From: an uncultured Gammaproteobacteria bacterium
GTDB lineage: Bacteria; Pseudomonadota; Gammaproteobacteria; JAURND01
Assembly (NCBI GenBank): GCA_963714975.1
Contig: CAVQQD010000002.1
Location: forward strand, 1,176,462 to 1,240,461
Direction of reading: 5' to 3'
DNA length: 64,000 bases
Positions 44,301-54,379 of the stretch are shown piece by piece. The translations under genes were made by a program, and so were the position numbers. Positions within the stretch are counted from its first letter, which is position 1. The number at the start of each line of letters is the position of its first letter. Below the pieces are notes generated by a model. The model saw only the letters and a list, made by a program, of their open reading frames with translations, did no database searches and had not been told where the DNA came from.

Positions 44301-47300
44301 TGATCAAGCAAAACACTAAACCGCTGACGAACTTGACATAAGCAATCAATCAGCTTAGTTTTTTCTGTAAAGGTCACTCGGAGAGGAACAGTATTAATCA
44401 TCAATCCTAATGTGTTATCCACGCTCTTAAGTTCTGCTGGACGAGTAGATAATGTAACTCCAAACATTACATCACTGGCTTGATTATAACGTGCAAGAAG
44501 TAAAGCCCAAGCAGTCTGAAACAAAGTACTTAGAGTTAAGCCATGTTTTCTGGAAAATTTTTTTAATTCTTGAGTTAAGTTTACAGAAAGATCAAAACAG
44601 TCTATATGATAATCAGCTTCTGCATTTTTATCATTTAACACCTGTAAGACTTTCGTGGTGGTTGGAGAATAAAAACCTGCAAGGTATTCGCGCCAAAAAA
44701 ACTCTGTTGCCATAAAATTCTGTTTTTTGGTCCATTGAATATAGTTAGTAAAAGATCCAGCATGGGTTAAGCGAAGCGGCTGGTTTTCTAAATAGGCACT
44801 ATAAATTAAACTCAACTCACGGAACAAAACAGCAATACTCCACCCATCCAAACAAATATGATGGCAAGTTAAAATGATATGATAGCCACAAATTATTTCT
44901 TTGTCATCCAAGGTCTCTGTTATCATAATTAAGGTCGCACGTAGCAAGGGGGCTTGGGTAAAATCAAACCCCGCCTGGCGATCAGCAACTAAAAAGGTAT
45001 CTAATCTGGTTTTAACTTCAATCTCAGAATTATTCTGCCACAAATATTCCCGAACCGATAACACACAATCCGGATGGATAACTTGGATAGGCTCACCTAA
45101 TCCTTCCCATTCAAAGCTAGTACGCAAAATGGAATGTCGCCTAATGAGCTCTTGGAATGCTCGTTTTAATACTTCTGTCTGTAATGATTTTGAGTAAGTC
45201 CAGTGTAATTGAATTGTATATACAGCCGATTGTGGGCTATGGAGGGTATGTAATAATATACCTTTCTGCATAGCTGACAGAGGAAGAATGGTTTCTAGGT
45301 CCGGAGTTGCAGAAATTTTTTCCGAATTTTGACTCGTTGATTTAATTAATTCGATTAACAATTGCCGATATTTTTCCACCAACGCTCGTATAGTCGATTG
45401 TTGATAATGACGAAAGTTATAAGTGAATGATATGTGCAATTCAGCGGAGATAATCCACAAATTGATATCGATTACATAAGCGCGGCGATTTTTTCTACCA
45501 CTTTTCAAGTATATATTTGTAAGCTGAAAAACAGAGGACTTTGTTTTATTTTGTTTAAACTGTCCCCAATAATTAAAACTAATTTCTGCTTGAGGCTGAT
45601 CTTGCAAAGTTTGTCTCAGTGTAGTATCCGTTCCGAGGTAACGAAGAGTGCCATAGTTTACCTCATTATCTTTAATAGCTTGTCGCTGCTTTTTTACCTT
45701 TTCCAAGATAAGCTTCAGCGGAGCATTTTCTGGCCAAGTAACATGAAATGGGAATAAGCTAGTAAACCATCCTACGGTGCGTGACCAGTCCAATTGGCTG
45801 GTTAGCTCATGGCGACCATGACTCTCTAAGTCTACAAATAGGCAGGGATGATTTGTCCATTTTTCAACTATTTGAGCCAAAATAGTCAATAAAATTTCTT
45901 CGTGAGAACCGTTAATGCAACTTTTATCCATCTGCAAAAATTTTTGAGTAAAGTCTGTATTGAGTCTTATCGTATATTCATTACTTTCTTCTTCTAGATT
46001 GGTTGGCGATTCAAAATCTCTGGGGAGCTTAACTATATCATTGCCTAACAACCATGCTGATGATTCTGAAGATATTATATCAACATTGTTGTAAAGCTCC
46101 TTTGCCCAGTTTTTATAAGAAGAAGTCCTCGAAGGCAGAGCAGGATTGCGATTTTGTATCCAAGCTCGATATAAAGCCTCAAAATCTTCTAAAAAGATAC
46201 GCCATGAAACACCATCAATAATGAGATGATGTGCTATTAATAAAATTTTTACAAGTTTATTACGTTTTAAAAAAAAGACTGCCCCAAACAAAGGACCTTG
46301 TGCAAGGTCGAATTGAGCCATTATTTTTTCTTGCCAATAATTGATGGAATCGGATTCAAGTGAACAATTCTGATCTAAAAAAACACACTCTGATATAAAT
46401 CGAGAGTCAGTGCTATAATGCGATTTCCATCCCTTTTCTAGATTAGTAAATCGGCTACGCAAGACATCATGAAGCAATATTAACTGCTTCAATCCTTGCT
46501 GAATCTTCTCAATTGTTACTGGAACATTGATTTTAAGTACGCAAACCTGACACCATTGCTCAGGTTGAAAAAATGCTTGATTAAAGAACCAATGCTGAAT
46601 TGGAGTGAGTGGTATTTCCCCTTCCACGGAGACATTACAAGGGAAGAAAGTTATTTTCGGCATAACATTGACAGCTAAATCTTTTAAGATAGGATTAGCA
46701 AAAATTTGCCGAATGCGTAATGGTATATTCGATTGTCTTGCTTGAGAAACAACTTGCATTGCTAGGATAGAATCTCCACCCAATGAAAAAAAATTGTCAT
46801 CACTTCCAATATTTTTGAGACCTAATACTTTTTTCCAAATAACAGCTAAAGTTTTTTCGGTTGAGCTGCTAAGTTTAACACGAGATGGCTGTTTAAGCTT
46901 TGCGGGTACTTGATACATCTTAACCAATTTCTGAAAATCAAACTTAGCATTCGTCGTTAATGGAATTTCCGCAACTGCTTTGTAAGCATAAGGTAACATA
47001 AAAGCCGGTAATCTTTTGGCCAAATAATTTTTCAACTTTTTTTCATAGATTGTGAAAGACGTCTCTTTAAGTGGTTTGGTAACAAAAAAGGCAATTAGCT
47101 TATATTGGTTTGTGAGCAATATTGGCAAAACAACAGCTTGAATAAGGCCAGGAAATTTTAATAAATAGTGCTCAATTTCTTTTAATTCAATACGATTTCC
47201 TCGAATCTTGACTTGGTTATCCTTACGACCTAAATATTCGATATTTCCGCCTGGTAACCAGCGCACTAAATCCCCAGTTTTGTATGCACGCTTTTTATCA

Positions 47301-50144
47301 TGACCGATGCTCAACTCTCCTATAAATCCTTGAGTGATGCTCTCAACCTTGTGAGTATAACCCCGCGCTACGCCAATACCGCTTATGTAAAGTTCTCCCA
47401 CGACTCCTACAGGCACAGGAATATATTTTTGATCAAGAATATACGCTTGCATATTAGCCAAGGGTTTACCAATGGTCACCAAATCCTTTTGCACATTTAA
47501 TTCTGCTAATGTTGCATAAATAGTAGTTTCAGTAGGTCCGTATATATTATAAACATAACCACATTTTTTGAGCTGATCAGCCAAATTTTCAGGGAGTGCT
47601 TCACCAGCAGTTAATATTTTAAAATTCTTATTTCCAGACCACCCTATATTAACTAACATTTGCCAAGTACCAGGAGTTGCTTGCATCACTGTTACAGAGC
47701 GTTTATGCAGTAAGTATTTTATTTTTTCCCCATTCCTTCTGTCCTCATCACTTGCAATAACCACACAACCTCCTAAAGTAAGAGGGAGGTAATAATCTAG
47801 GGCTGCCACATCAAAAGCAATCGAAGTAACTGCTAGAAATTTATCATTATTTTCAACAATTATTGCATTTCGAATGGCCATCAGACAGTTGACGATACTT
47901 CTATGCTCCACTAATACTCCTTTAGGCTTACCAGTAGACCCAGATGTATAAATGATGTAAATCAATGTGGAAGAGGAATTTATAGTTTCTAGATTTTTAG
48001 GGGATTCTTTAGAAATTAACTCCCAATCTTTATCAATCAGAATCTGGTTATCAATCAGTTTGGTTAAACTATTTAATTGTTTTTTTAAGGATTGTTCCGT
48101 TAATAAAAATTTGCTTTTACAGTCTGCTAAGATTTCGCGCATTCTTGCCACTGGATATTCAGGATCAATCGGCACATAAGCACCCCCCGCCTTTAAAATC
48201 CCCAAAATCCCAACAATCATTTCAATACTACGTTCCATGCAAATTGCGACTAGAGTTTCAGCTGCCACTCCTTGCTGACGTAAATAATGCGCTAGTTGAT
48301 TGGCTTTTTGATTGAGCTCAGCGATAGGTGAGCAATTGATTTTCAAAACATACCGCAATTTTGTCGGGATGTTGTCGAACTTGTTCTTCGAATAATTGCG
48401 GGATAGTTTTATCGCGTGGATAGTCTGTTTCAGTTTGATTCCAATCGATTAAGAGTTGCTGTTGTTCTTGTGGCGTGAGTAGCGCTAAATCAGCGATAGA
48501 TGTTTCGGGTTGTGCAGTAATGGCGGTTAGCAGGGTTTCTAAATGGCCAGGCATTTGTTGCAGGATAGTTTTTAAGTACGGTTCTTGTGCTAAGCATTTT
48601 TGATCGACGTGCCAAGATAAACTACGATCTTTGGCAGATATCATCAATACCAAAGCGGCACGAGATTTTTGTAGCTGCTCGATTTCTCCAATCACTACCG
48701 CAGTAAACACGGCGTGTTTGACTTCGGTTAAAATTGGGTAACGATAAAATATATCGCGTAAATAACTGCTTTTTTCGTGCATGGCAAATAACTCAGCTTG
48801 TAATTGAGAGACTACTTGGCCGAAGTGTAATCCGTCTTGCAAGGCTGTGAAATACGGTAGTTCTAAACTCGTCCTGGCATGGATGCCAGGATCCAGATCA
48901 CTAGGATGTGAAGCATTATGATCAGGTAATTGCAGCAACACCCCTACTTTGGGTTGATTACCAAGGCGATAGAGGTAGACGAGCCAGAGAGCCAACAGCA
49001 AGGTGTTGAAATCGTAGGTGGGGTAATGTTGTTGTAATAATTTTTGTAGGGGTTCCGAGGGGTTCCATTGTTGCAGGTGATGGTATTCGTAATGAGCATT
49101 ATTAGGGGAATTCAGAAAAGGTATTTTGGCAGACTCGATGGTTTGCCATTGGGAAACCCAGTAGCTTTCATCGCCTCCTCCGCTCTTTAAATCCCCCCTG
49201 CCCCCCTTTTTCAAAGGGGGGATTTCCGCTCGGGCCTCCAGAGTGACTACATCACCTTCTAAAGTACAAATCTGCCGAATGGCAATGTCGTAAGTGGCAG
49301 TTGCAACGCGCCAATAGTCCGCAGTAGCAGTAACAATTGTTCCAGGCTCTGCAATCGATGGCTCGGGTAATAATTCTAATTTAGTGACAATAAATTCTTC
49401 CCAGCTTCCCTGTTGGGACGACGGTTCGCTCTGCTGGGATGACAACTTAAATTTAGGACAAGTAAAACGATTAGGATAAGAGCCAAATTGAGTAGCCCGA
49501 AATAATCGCTCAATAGCTTCAGCACTGGCATTCCAATCAATCCAGCCATCACCAGCAGGTTTCTGATGCAGGCCAAAATAGCTACGTTGACTTAAATCTT
49601 GAGGCTGGCATTGGTAACTGTGCTTCGCCAAAGATTTCACTAAATCAGGGAAGCTTTGCAGTGCGGCTTCATAGCACTTGAGATTTAAGCTTAGTGCAGT
49701 TTCATCTTCAGTAATTGGCACCATCACTTGCTGCAAAATATCACCGGCATCGACGGTTTCAATGGCCACATGCCAAGTGATGCCATGGCTCTTTTCTTGA
49801 TTTAAGATCGCCCAAGAAGTGGCGTGAACTCCCGCGTAACGCGGTAAAGGCGCATCATGAAAATTAATCGCAAATTGCCGAGGCAGATTGAGTATCGCAG
49901 CAGGCAAAATCTGCGCATTGACGATGCTCAATAAATAATCAAAAGGAGTCTTGTTGAGTGCTTCTTGGGCTGCTGCTAGAGAGGCATAGTGGGAAATTCC
50001 CTGTTGCAAGGCCCATAGTTCTGCGGCTTCATACGCAGAAATAATACCTAGTATTTGCTGTCCTTGTTGTTGGATAATTTTGGCACATTCCAGATGGAGA
50101 TTATCCTCTCCAATGATAAAACAAGTGAAAATATCGGGGGACAT
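41335..50144 (-). CDS. Two-module NRPS F-A-T-E-C-A-T-TE (apparent frameshifts ~48330, ~43200, ~41900)
   Basis: NFHDAPLPRYAG (F); YTSGSTGxPKG twice; GGDS and GGHS (T); HHLIIDGVSW, SRTVGWFTS (E); HHICLDG (C); GASGG (TE). Confidence 0.92.
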
Positions 50145-50598
50145 AGGATTGAAATGACTTCACGTTGGGTTTTTAAATTTTCCCTCCTCAATAAATTCCT
50201 AACAAATTTGTCATTCTAAGCGAAACGAAAGACCTCCCCCCTGACCTCCTAATCCCTACAGGAAGTACAATCCAAGGTAGGAAGCGAAACTTTCACATCC
50301 CTGTGGGTGGATCCTGACCTCCATGCCAGGACGACGCTTACTAGGAGGCCCTTCGGTTCGCTCAGAATAACAATGGGTTGGTCTGTCACGCTTGCGATAC
50401 TACCCAACCACGGTGACAGTCTACTAGCTTAAGGAAAAATTAACAAGTGTAGCAAAAGATTTATAAAAGAAACGGAAATTGCAAGCGGGGTGTGATGGGG
50501 CACTAAGAATAGATCAGTTGGAGAGAAGTTAAACCCTAAGATAAGCCGCCCTTAAGAAAAATTTGCATTTCAGCCAAAGTCAATGAATAATGATGAAA

Positions 50599-51034
50599 CC
50601 TCAGGGGCTTGCGCCTCCGAGGCCGCGCCAAAAGAATGTTAGTCGCATTCTTGAGGCACTTCCACAACAACAACCTGAATGTGAGGTTAGCCGTCATGAC
50701 AGCTCAAAGCTTATCGCATTGCGCGTTCGTACAAAACTCTTTTTTTGATGTTCACTTCATTTTTTCGCCTGGTTCGTCTAGGCCGGATTGGTATGCCTGG
50801 ATCAATTAGCTTTTACCCCATGAAAACTCCTCGATTGTCTTCGGCGTGATTGTGGACTTGGGGTGCGAGTACCGGTTTTTTGGTGGCCAACATCGATGAA
50901 GAGGGGTAAGCGAGTAGAGAGGGAATAGGTATGGCGAAGTAAGCTGTATTTTCCTCGCTTCGCCATCACCTACCAAATCTTCTGCTGCCTACCTGGTTCG
51001 ATGCTTTATTTCGCATCAACTCAGGAACGCGCCG
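50599..51034 (+). ncRNA. Structured 5' leader RNA of CDPS operon, copy 2
   Basis: Same stems as 627-1057 with compensatory substitutions. Confidence 0.65.
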
Positions 51035-51781
51035 ATGACTCCGAATAAAATCAAACCCGTTTTCAAATACGACAAAACTCACGCGCCCATTCCGTTTGAT
51101 CAGGCGCATTGTTTACTGACAATTAGCGTCGGTCAAGAAGTGCACGAAGACGAGCCATTCGCGGCCACCGTAGCTTTAGTGCGTAAGCAATTTGCAAAAT
51201 GCACTTTGCTAATTGATGATACCCTGCAGCGCCATACTCTGGCATTACTACACCCTATGCTTCGAGCGGAGGATTTTGTAGCGACTACGCAGCAAGCAGG
51301 CGCAGCCTGGTTAGCGCGCAATCAAATTGTTTATGAACAGTTACCGCAGCTTAAAATAGTGCAGTGGAATTATTGGTTAACTCATCCGCGTTATCCCGCC
51401 ACTTTCAAACGCGTCCACTATTTAGTGAGCGAATACCCAGCCTACCAACAGACTATACATAGCACCGTCCGCACCTTTTTACAGCGCTACACCCCACGGT
51501 TATCCCCTGAAGTGCTAAGACAATTTAATTACATCCGTGCCCAGGAATTATGTCGAGATTATGTCTTGGAAGAATGTACCGCGCTGTGTTTATGGCCGGA
51601 ATTGCAGTGCCATTATGAAATCTACCCCAGTCCACGCAATGCAGCGATGACTTATACCCATCAACAATTCCTGCTCCCACGCTACCCGAATTTGTTACAC
51701 CCGATCGCGATTAAATTTAAGCAGCGCAAGCAGTTCAAGCCGCAACGCTTTATTTCTTTGCCCCGAGTGAACCCAAGCTAA
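51035..51781 (+). CDS. tRNA-dependent cyclodipeptide synthase, XYP subfamily
   Basis: 248 aa; ISVGQ (catalytic Ser), DDTLQRH, YVLEE, EIYP. Confidence 0.85.
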   Translation: MTPNKIKPVFKYDKTHAPIPFDQAHCLLTISVGQEVHEDEPFAATVALVRKQFAKCTLLIDDTLQRHTLALLHPMLRAEDFVATTQQAGAAWLARNQIVYEQLPQLKIVQWNYWLTHPRYPATFKRVHYLVSEYPAYQQTIHSTVRTFLQRYTPRLSPEVLRQFNYIRAQELCRDYVLEECTALCLWPELQCHYEIYPSPRNAAMTYTHQQFLLPRYPNLLHPIAIKFKQRKQFKPQRFISLPRVNPS

Positions 51782-51799
51782 CTTAGAGGAGTCCCTTCG

Positions 51800-53197
51800 A
51801 TGCTACTGAACTTCCCTACCCTTTCTGATCTGTTATTGAGCAGCGCGCTTTTTATCAACGCGCTGCTGTTTATTCCGCAATTTATCAAAATCCTCAAAGA
51901 AAAAACTGCCCAGGAAGTTTCCTTGCTGACCTTTGTCGGCTTTTGGCTGATTCAAGCGACGATTGTCTGGCACGGTTTTTTGCAACGAGATTCGTTATTG
52001 GTGTGGGGTTATGCCTTCAGTATGCTCACCTGCGGCGCGGTGATTGTAGGCATTATTTTATATCGGCGGCGTCCGCCAAATGCTTCGCTGCAGGAGCAAT
52101 ACGAATTACTCGATAATTTATTAGCCATCATGCCAGAACATTTATATTGGATCGATCGCGAGGGGCGGTATTTAGGCTGCAATAATCAGCAAGCCGAATC
52201 CGCAGGCCTGGCCTCGCGTGAAGACATTGTGGGTAAACGTAATAGCGATTTACCCTGGAATATCAATGCCGGGCAATTACCCGAAACCTTAGATGCACTC
52301 AATCAAACCATTATGCGCACCGGCGAGGCACAAATTGTCGAAGAACCCGCGGTATTGCCGAATGGCCGTAAAGCAATTTTCCTTTCCCACAAAGTGCCGC
52401 TGCGTCGACGCGGTCAAATCGTGGGGATGGCGGGCGTTTCAATTGATATTACCGCCCACATCGAAGCTGAAAAGTCGATGTTGCAAGCACTGCAAGCCAA
52501 AGATGATTTTCTCCACAATATCAGCCACGATTTGCGAACGCCGTTTTGTGGTCTGGTGACCATGACGGAAACGCTGGCTTTAAACGAGGAAAATGCGGAA
52601 CGGAAAATCGGCCTACAATGCATTATGGATTCAGCCGAAGCCTTACTCAATCATCTCAATGAAATTTTAGACTATGTACGCTCCACCGCCGGCACTCCGG
52701 TAAGTCAAGCGGCCTTTGATTTACCGGCCCTGGTGCAAACCACTTATGCGATGCTAGCGCCGGCCGCCCAAGCCAAACAATTACATTTTACCTGGGAAGT
52801 GACCCAGTCTCTGCCCACCAGCGTTTGTGGTGATCGGCTGCGCACCCAGCAAATTTTGCTACATGTTCTCGCCAATGCGATCAAATTCACGCCCCAGGGG
52901 TTTGTGCGCTTGCAAACTGCGATTGAAGCCGAAGAAGCACACCAGTGGTTAATTCGCTTTACTGTGAGCGACAGTGGCATCGGCATTCCAGAAGATCAGT
53001 GCGCGAAAATCTTTGAACCCTTTCATCGCCTCACTCCTTCCTATCAAGCGCAGTATGCAGGCAAGGGGCTGGGATTAAGTCTCGTGAAACAATTTTTAAC
53101 CGAGTTAGGCGGTGAAATTCAGGTAGCAAGCACCCTCAACCAGGGCAGCACCTTCACTCTGTTCATTCCCTTCCAACGCATAGGAGACTATCCATGA
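51800..53197 (+). CDS. PQ-loop (SemiSWEET-like)-PAS sensor histidine kinase
   Basis: 3-TM N-terminus FIPQFIKILKEKTAQEVS; PAS; ISHDLRTP; NAIKFT, DSGIGI, GKGLGL. Confidence 0.9.
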   Translation: MLLNFPTLSDLLLSSALFINALLFIPQFIKILKEKTAQEVSLLTFVGFWLIQATIVWHGFLQRDSLLVWGYAFSMLTCGAVIVGIILYRRRPPNASLQEQYELLDNLLAIMPEHLYWIDREGRYLGCNNQQAESAGLASREDIVGKRNSDLPWNINAGQLPETLDALNQTIMRTGEAQIVEEPAVLPNGRKAIFLSHKVPLRRRGQIVGMAGVSIDITAHIEAEKSMLQALQAKDDFLHNISHDLRTPFCGLVTMTETLALNEENAERKIGLQCIMDSAEALLNHLNEILDYVRSTAGTPVSQAAFDLPALVQTTYAMLAPAAQAKQLHFTWEVTQSLPTSVCGDRLRTQQILLHVLANAIKFTPQGFVRLQTAIEAEEAHQWLIRFTVSDSGIGIPEDQCAKIFEPFHRLTPSYQAQYAGKGLGLSLVKQFLTELGGEIQVASTLNQGSTFTLFIPFQRIGDYP

Positions 53198-53590
53198 AAA
53201 ATGTATTACTCATCGAGCCTGATCCGATGATTGCCTATACCAACCCGCCGATTTTTTGAAAGCTTGCATTGCTGCGTCAACGTGGTCAATAGCGGACTCG
53301 CCGCTTTAGAAAAGCTGCATCAAGCCTATCGATTAATCGTGGTAACCCTGGATCTGCCAGACTTAAATGGCCTTATGATCGCGCGCCACTTGCGGCAAAG
53401 CAAAGGACCCAATAGTAAGACACCCATAGTTATTGTCACCACTCACGAAGATGCGCAGCAAAAAATCCAAGCCTATGAATTAGGAATCAAGGGATTTTTA
53501 CTGAAACCCCTGACGAAAGAATTATGCCGGCAGATGATCGACGATTTAGTATTATCAGCCGCAGCTCCTCATTATTTTTTAGAGGGTTAA
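53194..53590 (+). CDS. Single-domain atypical receiver protein (frameshift ~53243)
   Basis: MKNVLLIEPD from an ATGA overlap; YRLIVVTLDLPDLNG, PIVIVTT, FLLKP. Confidence 0.8.
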
Positions 53591-53593
53591 AAA

Positions 53594-53938
53594 TTGAGAC
53601 AACTCGACACGCCTTGGACCGATCGTGAAATACGCGCCCTCACCCATTTCTTTGCAGCAGCCTTGGGGTTTTATGTACATCATCCAGAACGCGCCGACAC
53701 CGCTTCGGCACAAGACTTTATCCGGGATTTAAATACGCTGGTGGGCTTAAGTAGTACAGTAGTATTAGTCCAGCAAGAAATACTGCGGCCGATTAAACCC
53801 TTGCTCAACCGCTGGTGGCGCTATCAACCGTTTCATCAACACTCGAAGCAAATTAAGGCCCTGGCTTCTGCGGTGGTTAGTTTGGCTGCCTACAGTGGTG
53901 ATTTGATGCGCGACGTGGGTTACCCCCGCCTACAGTGA
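53594..53938 (+). CDS. Hypothetical protein, probably last gene of CDPS operon
   Basis: 114-aa ORF 3 nt after the receiver gene. Confidence 0.55.
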   Translation: MRQLDTPWTDREIRALTHFFAAALGFYVHHPERADTASAQDFIRDLNTLVGLSSTVVLVQQEILRPIKPLLNRWWRYQPFHQHSKQIKALASAVVSLAAYSGDLMRDVGYPRLQ

Positions 53939-54379
53939 GGATTGGGAGCAAGCACTACGCGGGTGTATTCATCATGGGATTAGCGAATTGGGTTTGTCCT
54001 GGTCAGAAGGGCTGCGATTTTGGGAAGAAAAGCAGCGCTGAAGACGGACCGGGATTACCCGGGATTACAATGAGTCATTTAGTCGCAATTCCTATGAATC
54101 AAATAAACTTGTTGTGGCCAAATACCCCGATAAACTATTTCATAAAGGCATAAATTTTCATAGGTTATTTTTTCAGCCTCCAAGGGCTGAATGTGAGCCA
54201 ACAAACCTTAACTAAATTTAAAAAGCATATTTTCGAGCTTAAAGAGCAAAAGGCAAGTCCCCTCACGCCTTCGGCAATATGCGGTCAAATTCAAGCATTG
54301 GTGCGCTGGAGGATTGCAAGCTATATTTTGCCGAGCCACGAATTATCCATGACAATTAATGCCTCTGTTACGTCGTTGT

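Larger units (their letters stand above)
49965..52980 (+). repeat. Diverged direct repeat of 1..4710 (minus the IS1380)
   Basis: Collinear NRPS start, intergenic region, CDPS and PQ-loop kinase. Confidence 0.92.
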
